A DNA stretch of 64,000 nucleotides from positions 3,474-67,473 of the forward strand of contig CAJWEM010000003.1 of NCBI GenBank assembly GCA_913031205.1, in the 5' to 3' direction. The notes beneath the pieces were generated by a model, which worked only from the letters and a program-made list of their open reading frames with translations, was not told the origin of the DNA and searched no databases. The position numbers and the translations under genes were made by a program. Positions 9,104 to 18,962 of this stretch are shown here, in pieces (the first letter of the stretch is position 1; each line of letters begins with the position of its first letter). This DNA is from an uncultured Gammaproteobacteria bacterium (lineage in GTDB: Bacteria; Pseudomonadota; Gammaproteobacteria; Poriferisulfidales; GCA-002705445).

Positions 9104-11044
9104 CTATGTATTTTTTGATAATTGCTCTCTACCAAATATACCAAAAATTCCCCCTAATATCATTAGAGCAGCACCATACCAAATTAGCTGAATAAATGGT
9201 TTGTGATATATTCTTACTACCCATGAATCTGAAGAAAATTGATCTCCCAATGCAATATATATATCTCTCAGCAAGCTAGAACTTATTGCTGCCTCAGTCA
9301 TTACATTTTTTTGAATATTATAAATCCTTTTTTCTGGAAAAAATGAAATAAGGTAATTGTCATCTTTAAAAGCATCAAAAATTCCAACTTGAGATGAATA
9401 ATTATTTGATAACTTATTTTCTATGCCTACAAACCTAACTTTTACATCCTGAAGAACGATTTCGGAACCCTCCTTCATAATAATCTCTTTTTGGGTTGAA
9501 TAATATGTGCTTAAAGTAATTCCAATTATTAAAACACCAATCCCAATGTGTGAGAAAGAGTTGGCAAAAATTGTACTTGGAGTTTTCCTAATTATTTTGA
9601 TAAAACTATCTTGTTTTTGAATAAGTATGATTTGCATAATTTTTGCAAGAGATGATAAAATTGTGAAGAAAGCCAAAAACATTGCCAAATAAACTACAAA
9701 TATATTACTATCATAAAGAAAATTCATAAATATGTAGGATATTAATATAGAATAAAAAAATAACGAAAAAAGATTTTTTTTAAGTTTACTAAAATCAGTT
9801 CTTTGCCAGCTACTATATATTGCTGGCGCCATTAAAAATACTATTGGTAACATCAAAACTGAAAATATAAAATTAAAATAAGGTGCGCCAACAGATATCT
9901 TTCCTAAATCTAAGGAGCTTGTAATTAAAGGATATAATGTGCCTAAGAGAATTGCAAAAGTCGTAATTGTTAAAAATAAATTGTTAATTAGCAATATAAA
10001 TTCTTTTGATGAAATTTCATAACTTTTTTTTGAAGTAAGCATTGATGACCTCTGAAAATATAATAATAAAGAAATTCCGACAACAAAAGTAAGAAATAAT
10101 AAAATATATAAACCTCTTTCTGGGTCATTTGCAAAAGCATGTACGGACACTAATATACCTGACCTAACTAAAAATGTACCAAGCAGACTTAAAGAAAAAG
10201 TTAATATAGACAATAGTATTGTCCAGCTTATAAATATCCCTCTTTTTTCTGAAACTATTAAAGAGTGTAACAAAGCGGTTATAGCGAGCCATGGCATGAA
10301 AGATGCATTTTCTACAGGATCCCAAAACCACCAGCCGCCCCATCCAAGCTCGTGATAAGCCCACCAGCTTCCAAGTGAAATACCTACCGTTAAAAACATC
10401 CAAGATGCAATCACCCATTTCCTAAGCCATGAAATCCAATCAATCTGAATATTTGAATTAAGTAAAACAGAAACAGCAAAAACAAAAGGTACGCTGGTAC
10501 CAACATATCCTAAATACAAAAGAGGTGGATGTATTATTAAACCAGGATCTTGAAGTAATGGATTAAGATCTCTTCCATTTGGAGGAACTGGGAAAAGCCT
10601 ATCAAAAGGATTAGATGTAAATATTATAAAAATAATAAAAAATATAGATAAAATTCCCATAATGCCTAACATGTCAACAACTAAACTTTTTGGTAATAAT
10701 TTTGAATATTTACCAATCAATGCTGCCCATGCAGATAAAACAAGTACCCACAAAAGAATTGAGCCTTCATGAGCTCCCCAGACAGCCGAAAACTTATATA
10801 TAGTATCTAAGTTTAAATTTGAATTGTTTGCTACATATTTCAGAGAAAAATCATTTGTTAAAAAACCATAGGCAAGAATAATAAAAGAAAATAAAAGAAA
10901 TAAGAAATTAAAATTTGTTAACTTCAATGAAATGTCATATCTGGTATCAACATCTACATATTTTTTAAAAAAAAGTAGTCCTGCTAAACATAAAGATAAT
11001 GATGCAGCAATACTTAGAAATAAATTACCAAATTCAGTGATCAT
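9104..11044 (-). CDS. ccmF: cytochrome c-type biogenesis haem lyase subunit CcmF
   Basis: 646 aa polytopic protein. WGGWWFWDPVENASFMPW tryptophan-rich (WWD) motif. Confidence 0.95.
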   Translation of the reverse strand: MITEFGNLFLSIAASLSLCLAGLLFFKKYVDVDTRYDISLKLTNFNFLFLLFSFIILAYGFLTNDFSLKYVANNSNLNLDTIYKFSAVWGAHEGSILLWVLVLSAWAALIGKYSKLLPKSLVVDMLGIMGILSIFFIIFIIFTSNPFDRLFPVPPNGRDLNPLLQDPGLIIHPPLLYLGYVGTSVPFVFAVSVLLNSNIQIDWISWLRKWVIASWMFLTVGISLGSWWAYHELGWGGWWFWDPVENASFMPWLAITALLHSLIVSEKRGIFISWTILLSILTFSLSLLGTFLVRSGILVSVHAFANDPERGLYILLFLTFVVGISLLLYFQRSSMLTSKKSYEISSKEFILLINNLFLTITTFAILLGTLYPLITSSLDLGKISVGAPYFNFIFSVLMLPIVFLMAPAIYSSWQRTDFSKLKKNLFSLFFYSILISYIFMNFLYDSNIFVVYLAMFLAFFTILSSLAKIMQIILIQKQDSFIKIIRKTPSTIFANSFSHIGIGVLIIGITLSTYYSTQKEIIMKEGSEIVLQDVKVRFVGIENKLSNNYSSQVGIFDAFKDDNYLISFFPEKRIYNIQKNVMTEAAISSSLLRDIYIALGDQFSSDSWVVRIYHKPFIQLIWYGAALMILGGIFGIFGREQLSKNT

Positions 11045-11490
11045 TTGTTATTTGAATCTCCTTTTCTCTCTTTCATCATATCAGCTACTTCTGGTGGCAT
11101 ATAGTTCTCGTCATGTTTTGCTAAAACTTCGTTAGCAACAAAGGTATTTTTATTGATAAGCTTACCTGTCATGACAACTCCTTGACCTTCTGCAAATAAA
11201 TCTGGCAAAATTCCTTCATAATTTACATTAATTTCTTCGTTAAGGTCATATATCTTGAAAGTTACTTTTAGACTGTCTTTAGACTTTTGAAAAGAGTTTA
11301 CTTTTACCATTCCACCAATTCTTATAAAAGAATTTATTGGGGCCTCCTGTTTAACAATTTGTGATGGAGTATAAAAATAAACCATATTTTTACTAAAAGC
11401 ATAAATCAATAATGCGCTAAAACTTGAGATAGCAAAAAAGAAAACAAAGATCTTTATCATTCTTTTTTTATTAGTCTCTGTTATCTTCAT
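11041..11490 (-). CDS. ccmE: haem chaperone CcmE
   Basis: 149 aa. N-terminal anchor, OB-fold body and a C-terminal LAKHDENYMPPEV haem-binding His motif. Confidence 0.9.
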   Translation of the reverse strand: MKITETNKKRMIKIFVFFFAISSFSALLIYAFSKNMVYFYTPSQIVKQEAPINSFIRIGGMVKVNSFQKSKDSLKVTFKIYDLNEEINVNYEGILPDLFAEGQGVVMTGKLINKNTFVANEVLAKHDENYMPPEVADMMKERKGDSNNK

Positions 11491-11623
11491 CTTTCCTTTT
11501 TGAAATTTTGTTCTTTAGTTTAAAATGTGGCTGCAAATAGCATAATAATAATACTACTATTGAAAATAAATAGGCTATATAAACAAATACTGTATGCTTT
11601 CCTAAGTAAAGAAACTCAATCAC
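11471..11623 (-). CDS. ccmD: haem exporter protein D (small, GTG start, overlaps ccmC and ccmE)
   Basis: Not in the ORF track (50 codons). My translation is (V/M)IEFLYLGKHTVFVYIAYLFSIVVLLLCYLQPHFKLKNKISKRKDEDNRD*. It has a single TM helix in the canonical ccmC-ccmD-ccmE position. An in-frame TAA directly precedes the GTG. GTGA overlaps the ccmC stop, and the 3' end overlaps the ccmE start by 20 nt. Confidence 0.7.
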   Translation of the reverse strand: MIEFLYLGKHTVFVYIAYLFSIVVLLLCYLQPHFKLKNKISKRKDEDNRD

Positions 11624-12344
11624 TTAAATAGTCCTCCATCCATTTGCTTCTTTTCTCTCTATTATAAATTCCTAATTGAACTCTTTTTATCAATACCGCA
11701 ATAAAATATACATTAAACACAAGGAACATATACAGAAGAGGTAAAAGCATTGAAATATGCATTGATGGCTGTTCAAATTTGGTCACTGATGGTCCTTGGT
11801 GTAAGGTATTCCACCACTCAACTGAATAGTGAATAATAGGAATATTTACCAAGCCTACAATTGCTAAAAGTGATGTTATTTTTACTGCTTGTCTTTTATC
11901 GGAAAAAGCTGAATAAAGTGCTATAACTCCAATGTATAAAAACAAAAGTATAAGTTCGGATGTTAATCGCGCATCCCAAACCCAATAGGTTCCCCATGTT
12001 GGCTTACCCCAAACCATGCCAGTTACAAGTGCAATCAAAGTAAAATAAGCGCCAATTGGAGCGCATTGAATACTTATAATTTCCATAATCTTTACTTTCC
12101 ATACAAGTGAAACAAATCCAGTTATTGCCATAAACATATAGACTTGCAAAGATAGCCATGCTGCGGGAACATGGAGATACATAATTCTATAACTTTCACC
12201 CTGAAGGTAATCAGATGGTGCGACATAAAGACCCCAATAAATACCAAAGAAAAAAAGTATAAATGTAAATAAACCTAAAAATCTTGACAAATTTTTTGTG
12301 TTTGTGAAAAAGAATTTTAAGTTTGCAATTTTCGAAATATTCAT
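11616..12344 (-). CDS. ccmC: haem exporter protein CcmC
   Basis: 242 aa. WGTYWVWDARLTSELILL WWD motif. Six TM helices. Confidence 0.9.
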   Translation of the reverse strand: MNISKIANLKFFFTNTKNLSRFLGLFTFILFFFGIYWGLYVAPSDYLQGESYRIMYLHVPAAWLSLQVYMFMAITGFVSLVWKVKIMEIISIQCAPIGAYFTLIALVTGMVWGKPTWGTYWVWDARLTSELILLFLYIGVIALYSAFSDKRQAVKITSLLAIVGLVNIPIIHYSVEWWNTLHQGPSVTKFEQPSMHISMLLPLLYMFLVFNVYFIAVLIKRVQLGIYNREKRSKWMEDYLSD

Positions 12345-12346
12345 TA

Positions 12347-13009
12347 TTAATTATTGATACTAAGGGTTAGTGTATATTTAAGTAAATATGGCATTATAGG
12401 TAAAACAAAACAAAGAAGTGCCATAAGAATATATAGCTGCATTTCATAAGGTAAGCCAGATGAAACAGATTCAATAGCACTTGCAGAAAATATCAATATC
12501 GGAATATAAAATGGTAAAGTAATGACAGGCACTAAAACATTATTCTTCGGTATACCAAGAGTCAAAGACGAGCCAAATATTCCTATTGAAACTAAAATTG
12601 GTGATCCAATGATAAGTGTGAAAAGTATAACAAATGAATTTTTCAAAGGAATATCAAAAAATATTGATACTATTGGAATAAAAAATATTATAGGTAGGCA
12701 AGTAAATATCCAGCACAAAATAATTTTTAAAAATAATATTAGCTCTATCGATGTTTCAGAAGTAAGATAAGTTTCTAGGAAACCATTATTATATTCATCC
12801 TTGAAAAAATTACTTGAACTTAATAGAGTAGTAAAAATGACAGTAATCCAAACAATTCCAGGAATTATTTTATTTAATAAATTTTTATCGGGCCCAATTA
12901 ATAAAGGGAAAATAGAAATTATTAAGAAAAAAAATATTAAAGGTAAAAATACACTATTGAGATTTCTAAAATAACTTTTAAATTCTTTATAAATTATTTT
13001 TCTTAGCAT
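12347..13009 (-). CDS. ccmB: haem exporter permease CcmB
   Basis: 220 aa polytopic membrane protein between ccmA and ccmC. Confidence 0.85.
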   Translation of the reverse strand: MLRKIIYKEFKSYFRNLNSVFLPLIFFFLIISIFPLLIGPDKNLLNKIIPGIVWITVIFTTLLSSSNFFKDEYNNGFLETYLTSETSIELILFLKIILCWIFTCLPIIFFIPIVSIFFDIPLKNSFVILFTLIIGSPILVSIGIFGSSLTLGIPKNNVLVPVITLPFYIPILIFSASAIESVSSGLPYEMQLYILMALLCFVLPIMPYLLKYTLTLSINN

Positions 13010-13659
13010 TACGAATTCTCCATATAATATTTTTTTGTATTCGTTACATCTTTTGAAATATCAATGTGAGATGATAATATTATTAAACCGCTATTATTTA
13101 TATGCTTATTAAATAGATCTAAAATTTTTGTATTTCCTTCAGAATCTATAAAACTTAAAGGCTCGTCAAGAAGCCAAATCTTCTTATTTGATAATAAAAG
13201 TCTCGCCAAAGAAGCTTTCTTTTTATTTCCTTCAGATATTTTTGAAACCAAATAATTTTTGAATTTTGCTATTCCAAAATACTCAAGACTTTTTTTAATT
13301 TCTTGTTCCAGTATATTACTTACTGACTTATCAAAAGCACATAAATATTCTAAATTTTCAAAAACAGTGAGATCATTATTTAGACTATTCTTATGACCAA
13401 TATACAAAATATTATTTAAATGTTCGCTAGAATCAGAATTAATATCGATGCTGTTAAGCTTTATTGAACCAGATTCAAGTTTTTGAATCCCACATATTGA
13501 TTTTATAAAAGTGGTTTTTCCACATCCATTTGGGCCCATTATCAGCATCATTTCATTATTTTTTACTGAGTAAGAAATATTTTCAAATACCATATTATTG
13601 CCTTTAAAACATGAGGCTCTGTCAATTGAAATTTCCAAGTTATTCAAGACTTCTTCCAT
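13009..13659 (-). CDS. ccmA: cytochrome c biogenesis ABC ATPase CcmA
   Basis: 216 aa. GPNGCGKTT Walker A and WLLDEP Walker B. First gene of the ccm string. Confidence 0.85.
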   Translation of the reverse strand: MEEVLNNLEISIDRASCFKGNNMVFENISYSVKNNEMMLIMGPNGCGKTTFIKSICGIQKLESGSIKLNSIDINSDSSEHLNNILYIGHKNSLNNDLTVFENLEYLCAFDKSVSNILEQEIKKSLEYFGIAKFKNYLVSKISEGNKKKASLARLLLSNKKIWLLDEPLSFIDSEGNTKILDLFNKHINNSGLIILSSHIDISKDVTNTKKYYMENS

Positions 13660-13784
13660 AAGTTAAACATTACTTATAATATCATACGAATTTAGCTATA
13701 TAAATTAGGTTAAAGACCACATTTTACAAAATAATAATGTAAAATACCTATCCAATTTTAATTTTACCAAGTAAATATAAAGAA

Positions 13785-16700
13785 ATGTCGTTAATAAATA
13801 AGATAGACTCATACTTTAATTGTTGTGATTTTTCAATATATGACGGTTTAAGTTACTCATCTGACTCCCTATTTATATCTACAAAAAATATTGGCAATGC
13901 TTTAATTGTTGCAAATAATAACAAAGATGCTGAAAAAATTTATCTTGAATTAAATGCTTTTAATAAATTAAAAAAAGAAAGTGAAAAAATAATTTTAATA
14001 CCTGGGATTGAAGATATGCCTTACGATATGGTAGATTCTGACAAATATCTCTCATCAAAAAGAAATCTATCATTGTTTCAATATTTAAATTCGAATAAAA
14101 CGAATATTAAAGTAGTAACAACTATAAAAAATATACAAAGAAAATTAATACCTAAAGATATTTTGCTAGAAGAAACAATCAGGCTTAAAAAAAATAAAAG
14201 TATCAACATAGAAAAAATAAGAAATCAATTAGTAGAATTAGGATATATATCAAGTCCACAAGTAAATTTTTGTGGAGAGTTTGCTATAAGAGGCTCAATT
14301 ATTGATATATTCCCTGGAGGGTACGACCAGCCAATAAGAATTGATTTGTTTGATACAGAAATAGAAAGCATTAAAAAATTTGATGCAGAAACTCAAATCA
14401 CGAATGATACAAATGAAGAAAATTTCTTAGATATTGTTCCAATAGAAAATACTATTTTAAGTCAAAAAAATATTATTAATTTTAGAGCAAAATTCAGAGA
14501 AGTTTTTGAAGGCAATCCAAATGAAAGCGACATTTATAAAAGTATCAGCAGTGAAATAATTCCTCAAGGTTTTAACAATTATTTTCCACTTTTATACGAT
14601 AATATTGGAAACTTTTTTGAATATTTTAAAGAAATTAATAATGTTGTATTTTTCGAAAACTTTCAAGATGATATATGTGAATATGATAGTTATATTCAAA
14701 ATAAGTATAATTCAATGAATAACAGTGAGTACAAATGTCTTGATCCAAGATATTTATATATTTATAAAAACGATGTTATTAAAAATTTAAAAAATAAGAA
14801 AATTTTTCAGATATATAAAAATAAAGATGTTGAAAAAGAATCATATAATTTTCATATATCTGCAGTACCAGATATTTCTCTAAAGCCATACCTTGAAAAC
14901 ACATTGGGAGATTTAAAAAATTTTATTAAAAAAAGATCATGTGTAGTTCTCTTCTACAACAATGATAAAAAAATATTACAATTAAAAGATATTCTGTCTT
15001 CACAAAATGTTGAATTTAAAATAATTGAATCTCTTGATGAAATTGAAAGTACAAATAAATTTCTATATCTAGCAAACGGATATATTCAGGAATCTTTTAA
15101 AATAAATGATTTAGATATATCCTATATAAGAATTAATGACATATTAAAAGAAAAGGTTAAACAAGTTTCAAAAAGAAAGCCTAAATCAACCTTCTTCATT
15201 GATCAGTTAAAAAATCTGGAAATTGGATCTCCAGTTGTGCATGAGTCCCATGGAGTTGGTAGATACCAAGGACTTATTCGAATGGAATCTGAGGGGATAT
15301 ACAACGAATACCTAGCAATTACATATGAGGACAACGATAAACTGTACGTCCCAGTATCATCACTTCACTTAGTTAATAAATACATTACGTCTGATGAGGA
15401 ACATGCTCCATTACATAAGCTAGGTGGTTTTTCTTGGAGCAATGCAAAGAAAAAAGCTACAAAAAAAGCGTACGATATAGCAGCTGAGCTTTTAGAAGTT
15501 AATGCTAAAAGAGCAATGAAAAAAACGCTCGAATATAAAATTGACAAAATTGAGTACGAAAAATTTAAAAGTGAATTTATATATGATGAGACAGATGATC
15601 AAAAAACTGCAATTGAAGATGTTATAAATGATCTATGTTCGAATAAATTAATGGATAGATTAGTATGTGGTGATGTTGGTTTTGGTAAAACCGAAATTGC
15701 GCTGAGAGCAACTTTCGTATGTGCTTCAAATTATAAACAAGTAGTAATTTTGGCCCCTACAACATTGCTTGCTGAACAACACGAAAAAGTGTTTAAGGAA
15801 AGATTCAAAAACTGGCCTTTTAATATAAATTGCTTATCTAGATTTAAAACAAAAAAAGAGCAAGATAAAATTCTCTCAGAAATATCAAGTGGTAAATGTA
15901 ATATAATAATTGGTACACATAAAGCTATACAAAAAAATGTTAATTATAAATCTCTTGGTTTGCTCATAATTGATGAGGAGCAAAAATTTGGTGTTAAACA
16001 TAAAGAATTTCTTAAAAAAATAAAAAACGAAATTAATGTTTTAACTCTCACAGCAACCCCTATACCTCGAACTTTAAATATGTCTTTGGGTGGTTTGCGA
16101 GATCTCAGTATAATTGCAACATCCCCAGAAAATAGAATGCCAATCAAAACATATGTCTCTAATTGGAAAAAATCTGTAATTAAAGATGCGTGTGATAGAG
16201 AGATAAATAGAGGTGGACAAGTTTTTTTCTTACATAATAGAGTACATGATATAAATATCATATATAACGAGCTAAAAGAATTAATGCCAGCATATTCAAT
16301 TAAAATAGCACATGCACAAATGAGCTCCACTCAATTAGAAAAAATAATATTGGAGTTTTATAACAAAAAATTTAATATTCTTCTCTCTACAACTATAATA
16401 GAAAATGGTATTGATATTTCAAATGCGAATACTATTTTGGTTAACAAATCAGATAAGTTTGGATTATCACAGCTACATCAGATTAGAGGTAGAGTTGGAA
16501 GAAGTGACAAACAAGCTTTTTGTTACTTGTTAGTTCATGATAGAAATCTAATTACAGAAAATGCAAAGAAAAGGTTACTTGCTTTAGAGACAATGGAAGA
16601 TTTGGGATCGGGATTCTCTATAGCTTCAAGGGACCTTGAAATTAGGGGTGCTGGAGCATTATTAGGGGAATCACAAAGCGGAGATATTCAAGAAATTGGC

Positions 16701-17219
16701 TTCTCTTTGTACAACCGAATTTTAGAAAAGGCAATTAAATCATTAAAATCTGGTCAAATCCCAAATCTAGATAATCCGCTTGACTCAATAACGGAAATTG
16801 ATCTAAATGAAATAGCCTTGATACCAGAAAGTTACATATATGACGTTAATCAAAGACTTATAATGTATAAGAAAATCTCAAATTCAACATCAAAAGATAA
16901 TCTTGATGATATAATAATTGAATTAACTAACAGATTTGGCCTTGTTCCAGATGAAGTATTAAATTTAATCGACGTAGCAAAAATGAAATTAAAGTACTCA
17001 AAAATTGGAATTAAAAAGATTAGTGTATCAAAAAATATTTTAAGTATTAAAATTTCAGATAAAGCAAAATTTGATAGTAATAAATTAATAAATTTTATTA
17101 AAAAGAATAATGACCAAGTAACTTTTAGAAAAGATAATACACTTGTTTATAAAAAAGACTTTTTAAATATGAGGGATAAAAAAATTGTTTTAACTAATAT
17201 AATCAACGCAATTAGCTAG
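13785..17219 (+). CDS. mfd: transcription-repair coupling factor
   Basis: 1144 aa. Contains UvrB-like N-terminus, CarD/RNAP-interaction block (GSPVVHESHGVGRYQG), DEAD-box-type helicase motifs (GDVGFGKTE, IIDEEQKFG, TATPIPRT, QLHQIRGRVGR) and a TRG region. Confidence 0.95.
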   Translation: MSLINKIDSYFNCCDFSIYDGLSYSSDSLFISTKNIGNALIVANNNKDAEKIYLELNAFNKLKKESEKIILIPGIEDMPYDMVDSDKYLSSKRNLSLFQYLNSNKTNIKVVTTIKNIQRKLIPKDILLEETIRLKKNKSINIEKIRNQLVELGYISSPQVNFCGEFAIRGSIIDIFPGGYDQPIRIDLFDTEIESIKKFDAETQITNDTNEENFLDIVPIENTILSQKNIINFRAKFREVFEGNPNESDIYKSISSEIIPQGFNNYFPLLYDNIGNFFEYFKEINNVVFFENFQDDICEYDSYIQNKYNSMNNSEYKCLDPRYLYIYKNDVIKNLKNKKIFQIYKNKDVEKESYNFHISAVPDISLKPYLENTLGDLKNFIKKRSCVVLFYNNDKKILQLKDILSSQNVEFKIIESLDEIESTNKFLYLANGYIQESFKINDLDISYIRINDILKEKVKQVSKRKPKSTFFIDQLKNLEIGSPVVHESHGVGRYQGLIRMESEGIYNEYLAITYEDNDKLYVPVSSLHLVNKYITSDEEHAPLHKLGGFSWSNAKKKATKKAYDIAAELLEVNAKRAMKKTLEYKIDKIEYEKFKSEFIYDETDDQKTAIEDVINDLCSNKLMDRLVCGDVGFGKTEIALRATFVCASNYKQVVILAPTTLLAEQHEKVFKERFKNWPFNINCLSRFKTKKEQDKILSEISSGKCNIIIGTHKAIQKNVNYKSLGLLIIDEEQKFGVKHKEFLKKIKNEINVLTLTATPIPRTLNMSLGGLRDLSIIATSPENRMPIKTYVSNWKKSVIKDACDREINRGGQVFFLHNRVHDINIIYNELKELMPAYSIKIAHAQMSSTQLEKIILEFYNKKFNILLSTTIIENGIDISNANTILVNKSDKFGLSQLHQIRGRVGRSDKQAFCYLLVHDRNLITENAKKRLLALETMEDLGSGFSIASRDLEIRGAGALLGESQSGDIQEIGFSLYNRILEKAIKSLKSGQIPNLDNPLDSITEIDLNEIALIPESYIYDVNQRLIMYKKISNSTSKDNLDDIIIELTNRFGLVPDEVLNLIDVAKMKLKYSKIGIKKISVSKNILSIKISDKAKFDSNKLINFIKKNNDQVTFRKDNTLVYKKDFLNMRDKKIVLTNIINAIS

Positions 17220-17220
17220 A

Positions 17221-17895
17221 ATGAAAATATATAAATTACTAATACTATTTTTTCTTTACTTTCCAATTTTGTCATTTGCTAACACATATAATGAAGAGGA
17301 AAACCTATTCCAAGTGCAACTAATTTTTATATCGCATAATTCATCAAACTATATAGATTTTCAGGAGGAATTAATAAGTGATTCTTTTATAAATAAATCA
17401 AACGTTGATGTAAAAATTAATAATTGCTTAATTAATAAAGATAATAATTGTGTTAAATTTGAAAACGACTACAAATTAGATAATTTTAATAGTTATGCTG
17501 AAATTCTTAAAAAAGATAAAGATATTACTATTTTAAATCATATTGAATGGATACAGAATTTCAACAATGATTTATTTATTAAAATTAAATCAGGCGAAGA
17601 TTATAGTGAAGATATTTTCGACAATAAATTAGATTTACAAGATATAAATATAATTGGATCAGGAAAAATAACAAAATATGAAGGTACTATAAATTTCTCA
17701 AAAAATAGATTCTATGAAATACAGGTAAACTTATTCGAGCGTATGAAAATGAAACCACCTGGGTTCTTCTCAACAGATATTTTGACTTCGAAAAATTATC
17801 AAATAAAACAAAAAATAAAGCTCGGAAAAATCAATTATATCGATCGCGACAATTTTGGAATGATTATTCGTGTAAAAAAAGTTAAAAATTTCTAA
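17221..17895 (+). CDS. secreted protein, possibly CsiV/DUF2803 family
   Basis: 224 aa with a signal peptide. The N-terminal FQVQLIFISH and C-terminal INYIDRDNFGMIIRV blocks resemble my recollection of the CsiV family. The gene starts 2 nt after the mfd stop, and I recall the same mfd neighbourhood for Vibrio csiV. Recollection only. Confidence 0.4.
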   Translation: MKIYKLLILFFLYFPILSFANTYNEEENLFQVQLIFISHNSSNYIDFQEELISDSFINKSNVDVKINNCLINKDNNCVKFENDYKLDNFNSYAEILKKDKDITILNHIEWIQNFNNDLFIKIKSGEDYSEDIFDNKLDLQDINIIGSGKITKYEGTINFSKNRFYEIQVNLFERMKMKPPGFFSTDILTSKNYQIKQKIKLGKINYIDRDNFGMIIRVKKVKNF

Positions 17896-17897
17896 AT

Positions 17898-18959
17898 TTA
17901 TTCACTTATGTTTACTCTTGTTGGGAAAGCAATCTCTGCACCATTTTTTTCAATAATTTCGCCGACTTTTATTAGAACATCTTGCTTAATCTCATGGTAC
18001 TTTACCCACTCTGTTGTATTTGCAAAGGTATTAATAAAAAAATCAATAGAGCAATCATTGTAACTATCAAAGTTTACTATTGTTGTTTGGCTATGATCTA
18101 TATCATTGTGCTTTGATATCATTAGTTTGACTTCATCAACAATCTTTAAAACTTTGGGCATATCTTTATATCGAAGACCAATCACTTCCCTAATTCTTCT
18201 GTGAGTCATTCTTGATGGATTCTCAACTATAATACTCATGAAAATAGAGTTTGGAATATAAATAATATTTTTTCTAAAGTTTCTAATCGAGGTTTGCCTC
18301 CAACCGATATTTTCCACTGTTCCTTCAAGGTCTCTATCTGGAGATCGAATCCAGTCTCCTTTTCTAAATGGCCTGTCTAGATAAATCATTAATCCACCGA
18401 AAAAGTTTGCTAACATATCTTTTGCAGCAAAACCAACCGCAACGCCACCTATCCCTCCAAAGGCAAGAACACCAGATACGCTAAAACCAAATGTTTGCAG
18501 AATAATTAAACCAGAGATAATAATAACAGAAAGCCTTATAATTTTTGTTATAGCTTCATATGTGGCTTCATCAATATCTATATTCTCAGCTTTATTTTTT
18601 TTAATAACAGCAATTTGAAAATTTTTTGAAATACTAATTAAAAAAAGTGCTATAACAAGAATCACACCTGCTCTTTTTATATTATTTAAAAGCTCATTAG
18701 ATAAGTTGATAAAGCCAATATCTTTATTTAGAAATTCAAGAGCAAAAATTACACCAAAGGTCCACACCAAAAAAGTAAATGGTTTATATATTGAGTCTAT
18801 TACACAATCATCCCACATATTACTTGTTTTTTCGGATTGTTTTTTAAGATAATTTAAAATTATTCGTGTAAAAATATTGATGAATATTATCAAAATAACA
18901 ATAAATAAAAACTTTATTGTCCAATGCTCAAAGCTAATACTATTAAACAGGCCTTGCAT
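17898..18959 (-). CDS. mechanosensitive ion channel, MscS family
   Basis: 353 aa. TM helices followed by a conserved MscS pore/beta domain (LANFFGGLMIYLDRPFRKGDWI..GTVENIGWRQTSIRN). Confidence 0.85.
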   Translation of the reverse strand: MQGLFNSISFEHWTIKFLFIVILIIFINIFTRIILNYLKKQSEKTSNMWDDCVIDSIYKPFTFLVWTFGVIFALEFLNKDIGFINLSNELLNNIKRAGVILVIALFLISISKNFQIAVIKKNKAENIDIDEATYEAITKIIRLSVIIISGLIILQTFGFSVSGVLAFGGIGGVAVGFAAKDMLANFFGGLMIYLDRPFRKGDWIRSPDRDLEGTVENIGWRQTSIRNFRKNIIYIPNSIFMSIIVENPSRMTHRRIREVIGLRYKDMPKVLKIVDEVKLMISKHNDIDHSQTTIVNFDSYNDCSIDFFINTFANTTEWVKYHEIKQDVLIKVGEIIEKNGAEIAFPTRVNISE

Positions 18960-18962
18960 AAT

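Noticed and set aside
13721-13746. 8-bp inverted repeat ATTTTACA-N10-TGTAAAAT in the ccmA/mfd divergent spacer
   Set aside because: Arms made almost only of A/T are likely to arise by chance in this composition. It lies between divergent starts, so it cannot be a terminator, and nothing else supports an operator.
15944-16330. 128-aa minus-strand ORF inside mfd, plus similar antisense or out-of-frame ORFs (e.g. 1393-1620, 3235-3429, 4299-4493, 5246-5515, 10164-10418, 12522-12770, 24220-24474, 38013-38303, 39240-39458, 39739-39960, 51227-51601, 51974-52237, 54461-54748, 55634-55897, 59619-59969)
   Set aside because: All lie entirely within or opposite confidently identified conserved genes. 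They have low-complexity or hydrophobic mirror-image compositions and no recognisable motifs, so I treat them as frame artefacts.
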